Assembly: GCF_037042905.1 (NCBI RefSeq)
Contig: NC_087246.1
Span: 9,116,001 to 9,180,000, forward strand
Direction of reading: 5' to 3'
DNA from: Lytechinus pictus
Taxonomy: Eukaryota
DNA: 64,000 bases
Below, piece after piece: positions 27,701 through 39,446 of the stretch. Both the position numbers and the translations under genes were made by a program. How positions within the stretch are numbered: position 1 is the first letter of the stretch; each line of letters begins with the position of its first letter. The notes under the pieces are model-generated. The model worked only from the letters and a program-made list of their open reading frames with translations, did no database searches and was not told the DNA's origin.

Positions 27701-28316
27701 TTTGTTTTTGTATTGTTTGTATTATACAGTATTTTCAATTTTTCGCAGATTTGGCAAGAAGAAAACAACTTGACTGAACCATAAAAATAATGTTAAAGTT
27801 TTTACATGTTCAAGGAGAAATAAAACTTTGTTTCACAGGACAATGAGGAGAAACTATAGCTTTCTTATTTTACATCCGATTTTGATTAAATTTTCAGCGT
27901 GATATGTTTGTTAGATTTTTCTCTTTTTATTCAAATCATCTTTTTGATGCCTTTTCCTTTAATCCTATCGGCATTGTTCCCGGAACTCACCTGTTAAAGT
28001 TTCAATACTGTACCACTCTGAAAACGATATTCCTTGGCCCGGTCCCTGGCCTAGTCACGCCCTGAAGGTGATGGATTTAAAGGCGGCGCTTGTGGATGAG
28101 GCAAATCATGGTGAAATTAGTTAGGAAATAGAATAAGTTTTTTTTTATATGAATAATTTTTCCCGTCTTCTTCATTATCTTGTGTTTTAGGGGAGTCAAT
28201 ACGTGCGTGGGGGTGGGACAGTGTGCAGCCTTCTACCTACTCCATGGCAGCAGTATAATACGGCAATACAACAGATTGAAAAGTGCCCTACAAGCGTGTC
28301 TGGAAGCAGTACTTGA
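1620..28316 (+). CDS. DNASE2: Deoxyribonuclease II (DNase II / plancitoxin-1-like acid endonuclease), spliced, 5'-partial
   Basis: Phase-consistent GT-AG exons: 1620-1803 ([W]FIVQKLP...GYTLQQIY), 2576-2648 (YMMYNDEYP...GHTK, first catalytic His motif), 3235-3396 (GFWLVHSVPRFP...YGQSMLCIS), 25586-25783 (GKQLLYNYP...FTSFAK), 26802-27031 (DLY...VETW...DHSKW...CIGDINR, second catalytic His motif) and 28191-28316 (SQYVRGGGTVC...TGA). AATAAA at 28360. The first (signal-peptide) exon is not in the window. Confidence 0.93.
1876..2049. mobile_element. hAT-like MITE
   Basis: TIR CATAGGCGGCGGAAGC/GCTTCCGCCGCCAATG; 8-bp TSD TTCCCGGG on both sides. Confidence 0.8.
2733..2883. mobile_element. Short Harbinger-like MITE (GGGTGTTTCATAAAGCTGTTCGTAAG family)
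   Basis: TIR GGGTGTTTCATAAA/TTTATGAAACGCCC; related copies at ~7990-8178 and 18642-20151. Confidence 0.6.
4027..7938 (+). CDS. PIF/Harbinger transposase-derived protein (HARBI1/ALP1-like, DDE_Tnp_4-type), 3 exons, ~420 aa, catalytic residues substituted
   Basis: Exons 4027-4319, 6248-6515 and 7237-7938 join in frame (1263 nt). Harbinger motifs: WLENFRMTKETF, RLAIALWKL...LFGVGTSTV (HTH), FPQAVAAVDCCH, YINRKGFSSIILQAV, GCPGSMDEAEVF, LGAEPYPL, FNQRL, QQAFKRLKGRW, ACCILHN. Confidence 0.9.
5436..5774. mobile_element. Harbinger-like MITE in transposase intron 1
   Basis: TIR GGCCCGTATTCTGAAGTCAGGTTTAA / TTAAACCTGAGTCCAGAATACGGGTC. Confidence 0.7.
7990..8178. mobile_element. Diverged copy of the GGGTGTTTCATAAAG MITE just after the transposase stop codon
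   Basis: ATAAAGCTGTTCGTAAGTTAC ... GTTCTTAAAGTCACTCGTAACTTAC...TTTACGAAACAC matches the family arms. Confidence 0.6.
8514..9570. mobile_element. Non-autonomous DNA transposon with apparent 4-bp TSD
   Basis: TIR CAGTCAGGCGGCAGGTCCC / GGGACCTGCGGTCTGACTG, flanked by CCCA on both sides. A truncated second copy lies at ~13053-13496. Confidence 0.7.
11205..13537. mobile_element. Probable Harbinger-like non-autonomous element with nested insertions
   Basis: TIR GCCGCAGTCACACAGT / ACTGTGTGACTGTGGC; contains the truncated copy of the 8514 element. Confidence 0.45.
14703..15524. mobile_element. Harbinger-like MITE with CAG TSD
   Basis: TIR GGGTAGTATTCTGAG / CTCAGAATACCACCC; 3-bp CAG TSD; subterminal GATAAAAT repeats. 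Confidence 0.75.
15928..17262 (+). mobile_element. Helentron-associated (HINE-like) element with central tandem array
   Basis: 5' ACAAGTGGAGCGCCTCTGGCAGTCTCACCTGCAT; roughly 8-9 tandem ~120-140-bp units; 3' GTCTCTCCCTGCTATGCAGGCGAGAC hairpin/subTIR followed by an A-run. Confidence 0.7.
17694..23868 (-). CDS. Myb/SANT-like (trihelix, Myb_DNA-bind_4-type) DNA-binding protein with C-terminal coiled coil; Harbinger second-ORF type, 5 exons, ~393 aa
   Basis: Exons 23868-23289, 22131-22039, 21611-21474, 20908-20775 and 17930-17694 join in frame (1182 nt) with GT-AG sites. N-terminal HWRDAETRLLIKLW...VYQRLAKILVAAGYFRDAGQIKNKIRTM...YQYFNEL trihelix pattern. Last exon IRLLRDQIQLERDRLQFEREERERME...RRFTLMMAL is an E/R-rich coiled coil. 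Confidence 0.85.
18687..19448. mobile_element. piggyBac-like MITE
   Basis: TTAA TSD; TIR CCCTATCTAGGCCGGGG / CCCCGGCCTAGATAGGG. Confidence 0.8.
19517..20109. mobile_element. Kolobok-like MITE
   Basis: TTAA TSD; TIR AGGGGAATCCA / TGGATTCCCCT. Confidence 0.75.
23880..24120 (-). promoter_or_regulatory. CpG-rich putative promoter/5' region of the Myb-like gene
   Basis: Local CpG enrichment and a (GC)n run immediately upstream of the ATG at 23868. Confidence 0.4.
24791..25391. mobile_element. MITE, same family as 37629-38299 (opposite orientation), next to a (CA)n(TA)n microsatellite
   Basis: End CCAAACTTTTTTGAGGGGTTT; the internal sequence is the reverse complement of 37720-38270. Confidence 0.7.
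26484..26703. mobile_element. Small palindromic MITE
   Basis: TIR CACAGTAAAAA / TTTTTACTGTG; TACATATA on both flanks. Confidence 0.65.
27503..27958. mobile_element. Kolobok-like MITE (AGGTCAAGTCCAC family)
   Basis: TTAA-AGGTCAAGTCCACC start, CCT-TTAA end; further copies at ~25800-26312, 30160-30735 and 45324-45825. Confidence 0.65.
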
Positions 28317-30159
28317 ACCTAGATGTAGGGTTATATTGCAGTATCTTGTTAATAGTTACAATAAACCAAGCCAGTAACGTTTGAAGCTCTGCATGTCGTC
28401 AATATCTTCACATAAAAGTCTGTTCATATACTGAGGATAACAAAATCGATTTATTATAAATCTATATTTTCACAAAATTTTAGGGTTTGAAACGGCCGGT
28501 ATATCACTTAATATTGAAATATCATTCATTAGATCAAAATTGAATTCATTCCCGTACTTACACTCTCCAAAATGACTACAAAGTACCAAACATGACAAAG
28601 TCAATAATGCGTTTATTTGTTTATGACCCTCTTTCATTGATTGTTTTTGAGTGACAATATACGAATTTCTTGATGTGGAAGAGGTTCATCGTGGTGAGGA
28701 TTGAGTAGAAGAAAATAACCAGTTGTCTCACGATGTTTCATATCATAATGTATGTACTACTACGTTTGATAAGAATTTCTTATTCGAAATAATGATAATA
28801 ATACCAAGATTTATCTTTGACGATTATAGGTGTATATACATTTTAAAAATAATTCATAATCAGTAACGGATTAAATCAACTTTATAACTGATATTGAATC
28901 CATGCCTGATTGAGTCATGCATCAGGGCATCAGTGCTTTTGCCAAGTTTTACTTTATCGTATTGGGATATAAGCAAATCCTCCTCAGTTAGGAATTATCC
29001 ATAATATAAAGTTACCCATCTTCAGGTCTGTTCAAAATACATGTTTGTGCTGACGATGAACACATTGTGGGGGGTGTAGTGTAATCTGTTTGTAGCACAT
29101 GATGATAATGTATAATAAGTTTTATTACATTGTTTTTTCGCAGACATGTAGTATTATAATCATATTATATTATACTCATTGATGTTATTATTACATGACT
29201 TGTCATGAAGTAGAATGACAGAAATGAAATTCCGATTATAAATTATGTTGTTGGAGTCTATGTTTTACCTTTAATTTGGATCATCTAAGTTGAAGGTCGA
29301 AAATTTGGGCCTTTAATTCAGATTATATTCAGATAGTTCAATTTTTCGACCTTTAATTCAGCTAATGAATTCATGGTCAAAAATTTGAACTACACAATTC
29401 TATATACTTGGGAGTTTTGTTGCTGTCATTTTATTGATCAACTGGTGTTGAATTTCAAAGGATGCGTGCCAAATGACATGACCCTGAGAAGCAGGGGTGC
29501 TTGGAGTGCTGAAGCACCCCAAGATTTTTCGGGGGGGGGGGGTTGCTGCGTGTATTTTGTTCATAGGCAGCACCCCCTAGAATTCTGGTTGGTGTAAAAC
29601 AATAATAAATGTAACAAAAAATTTTCCCCTTGCTTTTCGAATTTCTCTGGACCAAAATGACCACCATTTTATAATGAAACCTTTTTTTTTGCTTGTCAAA
29701 TATTTTTCTGGACCAAATTCAATGACCTTCATTTTATAGTTAAACTCATCTTTTTTTTTTTTTTGCTTGTCACTATTTCTCGGAAAATTGCGTTCATTTT
29801 TTAGCGAAAACTTTTGTTTCTTTTTTTCTGTTTGCTTGTCAAATATACATCGGAACCCCCCAGTAAAAAAAATCGTTCCCAGTGCCCTGATACTTGAGAA
29901 GCATTGATTTTGAATATGAGTCTATTAAATTTTTTTCCAAATTATGAGAATTCTGAATTTACACTTAGTCGTAGATATTTTTATTGAATTTTAATTCGAA
30001 GAGAGATAAAGATTAAATTACATGTCAATAAATAGTGTGCTGTGCATTGTAATCATTATTTGATTAAATCAGGTAAATTGAGAGAGCTTAGGGATGAAAT
30101 TTAACTGGACCTATATCGATGTGGGGCTTGGGATCAGACAAGGAGAAAATTTTTAGTAA

Positions 30160-30735
30160 AGGTCAAGTCCACCCCAGAAAAATGTTGATTTGAATAAATA
30201 GAGAAAAATCAAACTAGCACAACATTGAAAATTTCATCAAAATCGGATGTAAAATAAGAAAGTTATGACATTTTAAAGTTCCGATTATTTTTCCAAAAAG
30301 AAATTAATATACACAACTGAGTGACATGCAAATGAGATAGTCGATGATGTCCCTCACTCACTATTTCTTTTGTTTTTTATTGTTTGAATTATACAATATT
30401 TCATTTTTTACAAATTTGACAATAAGGACCAACTTGACTGAACCATATAGTATTAAACAATGCTAATTCCACATGTTCAGGGAGGAATTAATCGTTGTAT
30501 CACTTGGCAATGAGGAGAAAATTAGAATATTTCATATTTCATATAATAAAATAAAAAAGAAATAGTGAGTGGATGACGTCATCAGTCTCCTCATTTGCAT
30601 ACAGACCAGGATGTGCGTATATATAATTGTTTTGTGAAATTAAGCGAAACTTTAAAATGTCACAACTTTCTTATGTTATGTTTGTTGGATTTTTCCTTTT
30701 TTATTTAAATCAACTTTTTGTTGGAGTGGACTTGT
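30160..30735. mobile_element. Kolobok-like MITE (AGGTCAAGTCCAC family)
   Basis: AGGTCAAGTCCACCCCAG ... TTGGAGTGGACTTG termini; internal inverted CACTCACTATTTCTTTTG motifs. Confidence 0.7.
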
Positions 30736-31223
30736 GAAATTTTTTTTTTTTTGAGCGGCAAAAAATGTTGGTGAGAATATGTCATGTCATAGACTTGTCA
30801 GACTTTTTGCTTGTCAAGTTTTTTCTGGAACAAATTGCCTAGATCGATTTGGTATAGTGACCGATGACCCTCTTTTTCCTGAAAACTGCCCCCCCCCCCT
30901 TTTTTTTTTTAAATCCTGGATCCGCCCAAGCCCGGCCCCACCCCGGGCCCTCCGAGCTCCCTAAACCAACAAAAAATCCCTCTCAGCTCAGAGAAAAGTT
31001 TTGTCATTCACACTTCACCCCCCCCCCCCCCCCATGCACCGTAGGTACCGCTTGACACCTCGCTGTCGTCGCGTCATGTACGACACAGAACCAAAGATAC
31101 TAGTCTGCAGGCGCAGACCCTGATTGAAAATTAGATCAACAAGTGTGTCTCCACGCAAAGACTAGCACATACAAAACTTGCCGTTTGAGTGATCTCGAGG
31201 GCCTTCAGTACACAAGGCATGAG

Positions 31224-31744
31224 CCCGGGGGGGGGGGGCACTCAGTATATAATGCATAGTGGGCATGTGCCGCGGAGGGGACCCCCATTTTTACACTCAA
31301 ATTTCCGTTCCAAGGCATAGCATTTTTGTCTTATTGAGAAAAAGAACAAAGAAAGCCGCTCCAAAGCATAGCATTTTCTTCTTATCGAGAAAAAAAAAAA
31401 AATCCGCTCCAAAGCTTTGCATATTTTCCGTTACGACGTTCCAGCCGCAATTTTGGTGAAAAGGGGCCGCAGAGCGCTGTCCGACCATCGCATCTGCGCT
31501 AGCGCACCCGGCGCCCCTGCCGCCGGGCTAGCTAGCTGCATACACGTATGCACGTTCCATAGGGATGAATACGCAATCACACGCAGGTGACCCGTTCCAA
31601 GGACCCCCGTTTTCACAAACATTTATCGTTCCGAAGCCCGTTCCGAGGACCCTCCTTTTTACAATAAGCCCGCTCCAAGGCCCCCGTTTTTTGTCTCGCC
31701 TGCGGCACATACCCACTACTTTTTTGGTCGAGTGCCCCCCCGGG
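31224..31744. mobile_element. Young GC-rich MITE with 8-bp TSD
   Basis: TIR CCCGGGG...GCACTC / GAGTGCCCCCCCGGG; TSD GGCATGAG. Confidence 0.85.
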
Positions 31745-32037
31745 GGCATGAGTAGGCTGCAATTCAGACCCTTTACTCGAGTGAAGGGTTTGCACAGTAG
31801 ACTAGAAACGATAATATATAAAATATACAAAATAAAGTGAAAAAGTGAAGTACATGTTTACAAAAAATATAAAAAATGAAATATTATACATTATGATAAA
31901 CATTTTTTGAACAAAGATTATCACAACCCATAATATAAACAGAGAAAACAGTTTCTTTCACTTGTATTTACTGTATAATAATGCGGTATAGTATGATGAA
32001 AAATCCAAACATAAAGACTTTTTAAGTTCTGAGCAAA

Positions 32038-32345
32038 CAGGCGCGGATCAAGGGGGCATGTGCCCCCCCCCCCTTTGAGAAGCAAAATTGAAAATTTGTA
32101 ATGTAAAAATGCCATGAAAACACAGGTGTGCCCCCTCTTTTGAACTTGAAGACTTTTTTTTTTTTTTTTTTGCTTGTCCAATTTTGTTCTGGTACGAAAA
32201 ACCCATAATTTTTCTTACTTTTGGTTGAAAACCTTTCTTTTCTTTCTTTTTTTTGCTTGTCAATTTTTCAATTTTTTTTCGTGGACGAAATATCCTCCGA
32301 AAACCCCCACCCCCCCCCCCTTGGGAAAGCCTGGATCCGCCCCTG
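32038..32345. mobile_element. hAT-like MITE
   Basis: TIR CAGGCGCGGATC / GGATCCGCCCCTG; 8-bp TSD TGAGCAAA. Confidence 0.8.
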
Positions 32346-32770
32346 TGAGCAAATAATAAATTGATATATATAATACTTTGTTCAATAAAGATGTGAATAG
32401 GCTATCCCATCTTCATATTTTGTAAGACAATACAATAAAATTGAGTCTCTACGTTTATACTTAGAAAGTGTACAACAATCTGAATAAAGATTTTATATAT
32501 AAATCACACAAGAAACAAAACAACAACAAAACAAAATAATGTGAAGGGAGAGCAGCCAACTGACTGAAACCAATATCCTTTATCTTTTACCCATATGGCA
32601 TCATGATATATTTTATAATATTGAATTATTATTCCAATACGTACCATATACTATAAATCATTTTAAACAATATGCGCTTTGTAGGAAGATAATCGTATAT
32701 TGATTTTGTTAATTGATGGATAAGGATCAGTGGGAGAGTGAGTTTGAAGAAAGAAAAATGAATAGATAAA

Positions 32771-33260
32771 TCAATAAATACTTGTGTGTAATTGACTCAA
32801 ACCGACAGCTGGGAATTTTTTCCCATTTGTGTGGTGTAGAGTCAATTTATCCTTCCTTTTTGCCTTTTCATATTCTATCTGTTTCCTTTTAATGGCACTG
32901 TATATTTTTCTGCATGTAGGGACCCTTCCCAGTTTACGGTTATTGTAAATCATGTATTTGACCAAAATTATTACATGATTTAATGGAGCATTGTGTTTTA
33001 TATTGTCTCTACCACCAAGTAATACTTCAAGCCATTGTATCAAGGAATTTTAAAAGATGTTATTTGTTTCCTATTTCAGTCCAAATCTTAGACACTTCAG
33101 CACATTTATAAAATACATAATAATATGTTTCTATCTCTTTTCTACAGAAAGAGCAAGTATTGGAATGTATTATACCAAACTGGAAAAGTTTGTCATTACA
33201 AAATATGATGCTATATAATTATGTTAAAGTTTGGATTGAAATTCTCTTAGTCTAATATGG
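32771..33260 (-). pseudogene. Decayed L1/Tx1-like LINE ORF2 3' fragment (zf-RVT region)
   Basis: Minus-strand reading ...CNDKLFQFGIIHSNTCSFC..EIET...FYKCAEVSKIW and NHVIILVKYMIY, with frameshifts. Confidence 0.6.
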
Positions 33261-34127
33261 AGACTCGAGGGATAGAAAAACAGGTTGCAACTGCCGACTT
33301 ATTCAAGTTTAAAGCTGATACATCTAATAATATAATAATAATAATACTTTTCTTATATAGCGCATAATAAACTGTACGTTTCTCTATGCGCTTTACAATA
33401 AAGGTTACAAAGTAAACATGCTACAAACAAAGAAAATAGACTTGTGAATTACAGAATTACTTAATATTTAAACTTACAATTATCATCTGGATGTTTAAGC
33501 GAATGAATCTTGTATTAACAATATATCTTTTCAAAATGGACAATTTTTTGTTCATTTTTGCCAAAAATTGATGTTTTATTGACCTTGTCAATTTCCTCGT
33601 AAAAAACATGACAATTTCCATAGCAAAAATAAATGCATAGAATTGATATGACAATTCTGTGCATTATTCATTATCATCATCATCATTATTGATTTACAAC
33701 AGCATTTTCCCTTAAAAAAGGGCTTATTTTCTCAAGCGCCATGACCAACAATTCTTTCTTTGTCGACCATTCATCTCATTCAGAACAACCTCATTATTTT
33801 TTTATTTTTCACTATGCCAGTGTTAACTTCAAATTCCATCTTTCATGATTTTGTACCATTAACCTCACAATCTATATTCTTTCACCATTCTCTGCTCTTT
33901 TATATTCTAATTATATCCTTTCATACCTGTTCACATCTGACTACAACAAGGCATCAAAACACACTTCAAACCACTTTCACACTGGAAAAATAATAAGAAA
34001 TTTAGGCATGTGAAATAGAAGGTAAGGGACTATTTAATAACATTATGCAGAACATCACAATGTAAAACAAAAACTGACACATAATACAAAGTGGTTGACC
34101 TTTGAATAATATCATAAAAGTATTTTC

Positions 34128-37100
34128 ATTCGGATGATATTATCTAAAGATAAAACACAGCTTCGGACAATATTATCTGAATGGTAACACAGCTTAAATT
34201 GGACAATATTATCCTAATAAAAACACAGCTTTGAAAAACATCTGAATAGGAACATATAGCTCCGGATAAAATTATCCAAATAGAAACACAGCTTCAGATA
34301 ATAATATCCAAATAGGAACACTGCTTCGCATATAATTATCTGAATAGAAACACACCTTCGGACAATATTATCCGAATAGAAACACAGCTTCGGACAATAT
34401 TATCCGAATAGAAACACAGCTTCGGATAATATTATCCGAATGGAAACACAGATTCAGATAATATTATCCGAATGGAAACACAGATTCAGATAATATTATC
34501 CAAGGGTTACACAGCTTCAGATAATATTATCCGAATGGAAACACAGATTCAGATAATATTATCCAAGGGTTACACAGCTTCAGATAATATTATCCGAATA
34601 GAAACACAGCTTCAGATAATATTATCCAAGGGTTACACAGCTTCAGATAATATTATCCGAATAGAAACACAGCTACGGATACTATTATCTGAATAGAAAC
34701 ACAGCTTTGGATAACATTATCCGAATAGAAACACAGCTTCGGACAATATTATCCGAATAGAAACACAGCTTCGGATAATATTATCCGAATGGAAACACAG
34801 ATTCAGATAATATTGTCCAAGGGTTACACAGCTTCAGATAATATTGTCCGAATAGAAACACAGATTCAGATATTATTCAATGGAAACACAGCTTCGGATA
34901 ATATTATCCGAATAGAAACACAGCTACGGATACTATTATCTGAATAGAAACACAGCTTTGGATAACATTATCCGAATAGAAACACAGCTTCGGACAATAT
35001 CATCCGAATAGAAACACAGCTTCGGATAATATTATCCGAATGGAAACACAGATTCAGATAATATTATCCGAATGGAAACACAGATTCAGATAATATTATC
35101 CAAGGGTTACACAGCTTCAGATAATATTATCCGAATAGAAACACAGCTTCAGATAATATTATCCAAGGGTTACACAGCTTCAGATAATATTATCCGAATA
35201 GAAACACAGCTACGGATACTATTATCTGAATAGAAACACAGCTTTGGATAACATTATCCGAATAGAAACACAGCTTCGGACAATATTATCCGAATAGAAA
35301 CACAGCTTCGGATAATATTATCCGAATGGAAACACAGATTCAGATAATATTGTCCAAGGGTTACACAGCTTCAGATAATATTATCCGAATGGAAACACAG
35401 ATTCAGATAATATTATCCAAGGGTTACACAGCTTCAGATAATATTATCCGAATAGAAAAACAGCCACGGATACTATTATCTGAATAGAAACACAGCTTTG
35501 GATAACATTATCCCAACAGAAACACAGCTTTGGATAACATTATCCGAATGGAAACACAGCTTTAGATATTATCCGAATAGAAACACAACTACGGATACTA
35601 TTATCTGAATAGAAACACAGCTTTGGATAACATTATCCGAATGGAAACCCAGCTTCGGATAATAACATCCAAATAGAAACACTGCTTCGGATAACATTAT
35701 CTGAATAGGAACACAGCTTCAGATAACATTATCCGAATGGAAACACTGCTTTGGATAACATTATCCGAATGGAAACACAGCTTCGGACAATATTATCCGA
35801 ATAGAAACACAGCTCCGGATAATATTATCTGAATGGAAACACAGATTCAGATAATATTATCCAAGGGTTACACAGCTTCAGATAATATTATCCGAATAGA
35901 AACACAGCTTCAGATAATAATATCCGAATGGAAACACAGATTCAGATAATATTATCCAAGGGTTACACAGCTTCAGATAATATTATCCGAATAGAAACAC
36001 AGCTACGGATACTATTATCTGAATAGAAACACAGCTTTGGATAACATTATCCGAATAGAAACACAGCTTCGGACAATATTATCCGAATAGAAACACAGCT
36101 TCGGATAATATTATCCGAATGGAAACACAGATTCAGATAATATTATCCAAGGGTTACACAGCTTCAGATAATATTATCCGAATAGAAAAACAGCCACGGA
36201 TACTATTATCTGAATAGAAACACAGCTTTGGATAACATTATCCCAACAGAAACACAGCTTTGGATAACATTATCCGAATGGAAACACAGCTTTAGATATT
36301 ATCCGAATAGAAACACAACTACGGATACTATTATCTGAATAGAAACACAGCTTTGGATAACATTATCCGAATGGAAACACAGCTTCGGATAATAACATCC
36401 AAATAGAAACACTGCTTCGGATAACATTATCTGAATAGGAACACAGCTTCAGATAACATTATCCGAATGGAAACACTGCTTCGGATAACATTATCCTAAT
36501 GGAAACACAGCCTCGAATAATAACATCCAAATAGAAACACTGCTTCGGATAACATTATCCGAATAGGAACACAGCTTCAGATAACATTATCCGAATGGAA
36601 ACACTGCTTCGGATAATAACATCCAAATAGAAACACTGCTTCGGATAACACTATCCGAATAAACACAGCTTCAGACAATATTATCTGAATAGAAACACAG
36701 CTTCGAATAACATTATCCGAATGGCAACACAGCTTCAGATAATATTTTCTGAATGAAAAAAACGGCTTCAGATAATATTATGCGAATAGAAACACAACTT
36801 CGGATAACATTATCCGAATAGGAACACGGCTTTGGATATTATTATCTGAATAAAAACACAGCTTCGGACAATATTATCCGAATGGAAACACAGATTCAGA
36901 TAATATTATCCAAAGGTTACACAGCTTCAGATAATATTGTCCGAATAGAAACACAGATTCAGATATTATTCAATGGAAACACAGCTTCGGATAATATTAT
37001 CCGAATAGAAACACAGCTTCGGATATTATTATCCGAATAGAATCACAGCTTCGGATAACATTATCCGAATAGAAACACAGCTTCAGATAATATAATCTGA

Positions 37101-38466
37101 ATAGAGATACAGTATTGGTTAACACTATCCAAATAGACACAGGCTTCAGATAACATTATCCCAATAGAAACACAGCTTCGAATAACATTATCCAAAGGAA
37201 ACACAGCTTCGGATAATATTATCTGAATAGAAAGAACAGGCTTCGGACAAAATCATCCAAATAAAAACATGGCTTTGGATAATATTATCCGAATGGTTAC
37301 ACTACTTCGGATAGTATTGTCTGAATAGAAACACAGGTTTGGATAACATTATCTGAATAGAAACACTGATTCGGATAACATTATCTGAATAGAAACAGCT
37401 TCGGATAATATTATCCGAATAGAAACACAGCTTCAAATAACATTATACGAATAGAAACACAGCTTCGGATAACATTATCTGAATGGAAACACGGTTCTGA
37501 ACAATATCATTTGATAAAATTTATGCAGCTTAGGATAAAATTGTCTGAATAGAAACACAGATTCTGATAAAATTATCCAAATAGAATCACCTTCGGATAT
37601 CATCTGAAGAGAAACACAGCATCGGATAATAAGCCCCTCAAAAAAAGTTTGGCTTCCGAGTTTGACAATTAATTTTTCCCAATTCCCAATTTTACACAAT
37701 GCATATTTGATACCATTCAAAAGATCATTTAATTCTCTTTAAAATGATACCATGCTTGTTCTGATCATGTTATCACGAAAAGACCAGGATTGAAAAGTGG
37801 TGGATGAGGTCTGAATTGAAAAGCTATAAAACAAGCAGAAATAGTCATAAAGGGTCAATACAGAACATGATTCTTTTGTCTGTGTCAATAGAGATGAAAA
37901 TCCATTCAAATCAAGCCTCTGCTTCTGTAGTGATGGTTCTGAGAGATAACATGGTTTGAGTCGTGGTTTGAAATACCCATGCATGTTTGTTTGTTATGTG
38001 TTTGCTTGTGCATGTTAATGTTGATGTTAAGGTGCATGAAAACGAAAGAAACCGCTGAGAAACTAACTAAAAAAAGAACAGTGACTTTCAATATTGTGTC
38101 ATTTTGCAACTTCTGAATTTGGACTTTGCCCCACATTTCAAGGCAATGCACCTCCATGTGAATGATAATCATATAATGTAGGGTAACATTTTAAAGAGAA
38201 TTAAATGATCTTTTCATTGGTATCAATCACACATTAATATTCACTAAAACCAAGGAGGGATTATCGATCAAAATTTCCAAACTTTTTTTTAGGAGTTTAT
38301 CCACAGGGTAACACAGCATCGGATAATATCATTTGAGTGGAAACAGGCTTTGGATGATATCGAAATGGAAACGTGCTTCGGAAAATATCAAACAAAGGGT
38401 TATGCAGTATCGGATAAATTTATCAAATGAAAACACAGCTTCGGATATTATCCAAAGGTTAACACA
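34128..38466. repeat. Minisatellite/satellite array of a 32-bp (31-bp variant) unit, roughly 110 copies, with higher-order repeats
   Basis: Unit GAATAGAAACACAGCTTCGGATAATATTATCC; 31-bp variant AAGGGTTACACAGCTTCAGATAATATTATCC. The edges are degenerate, and a MITE interrupts the array at 37629-38299. Confidence 0.95.
37629..38299. mobile_element. MITE inserted in the satellite array
   Basis: TIR AAGCCCCTCAAAAAAAGTTTGG / CCAAACTTTTTTTTAGGAGTTT; flanks GGATAATA|TTATCC. Confidence 0.75.
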
Positions 38467-39446
38467 GCCTCGCTTGCATTACATGATTCAATATAGCAGC
38501 AGTGCTAACTTTGAAAACAACAATAGACTTTTTGTTTACAAATAAACCATTTATATGATGATAAAATACTATGTTCCAGCATAGGAAATACATGAGGGCG
38601 CTGAGCGATTTTGCCCTCATGGCAACCCAAATAGCCCCTAAAATTCCCCAAAAATGCATGCTTTGGGGCGACCATTCTTTGTAGAGTCGCCCCAAGATCT
38701 GTCACATAAAATATTTAAGATTCTGACTAATGAATAATGATGCTTTCCGGCATAATTGCTTGTTACACCTAAAAGTAGCCCTTAAAATAAAAGAAATAGC
38801 CCCCAAAATTCTGTAATCGTCCCAATTTGAGAAAAAAAAATTAGCCCCTAAAAATAAGCAGCAGTGCTGACTTTGAAAACGACAATAGAGTAATCATTTA
38901 TAAATAAACCATTCATATGATAATGAATGTTCATTGACCCTAAATGACATTTGACCTTAATCATGTGACCTGAAACTCGCACAGGATATTCAGTGATACT
39001 TGACTACCAGTACTCATATGTCCACATTTCATGAACTAGATACAAAAACTTTCAGTTATGATGGCAACTCAACAAATACCCCTAACACGGCCAAATTCCA
39101 TTGACCTTGGTCATGTGACCTGACACTCATGAAGGATGTTCACTGATGCTTGATTAGTCTAATGTCCAAGTGTCATGAACTCAATCCATATACTTTGATA
39201 GTTAAGATACTTAACAAACTTCACCTTGGTTAAGATTTTGTTCCTTGACGCTAAATGACCTTTGACCTTGGTCGTGTAACCTCGACTCAGACAGGATGTT
39301 CAGTAATAATTAATAGCCATTATGTACAAGGTTCATTAACTAGGCCCATATACTTTCTAGGTTATGATGTCATTCAAAACCTTAAGCTTTGGTTAAGATT
39401 TGATGATGCCTTTAGTTCTCAATCTGCTTTGCAGGCGAGACAAAAA
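38466..39446 (+). mobile_element. HINE-like element (diverged, internally interrupted)
   Basis: CTCGCTTGCAT...AGCAGCAGTGCT start, tandem units, TGCAGGCGAGACAAAAA end. Confidence 0.6.

Noticed and set aside
31259..31840. Overlapping ORF cluster in a GC-rich patch
   Set aside because: Lies mostly within a TSD-flanked MITE; no recognisable protein motifs.
34472..34696. ORF with a 21-aa repeat (METQIQIILSKGYTASDNIIR)
   Set aside because: A by-product of 32+31=63-bp satellite dimers; the frame is lost elsewhere in the array.
34128..38466. CRISPR-like array next to a nuclease-fold gene
   Set aside because: The sequence between palindromes is a constant 12-mer rather than unique spacers; there are no cas genes, and the context is eukaryotic.
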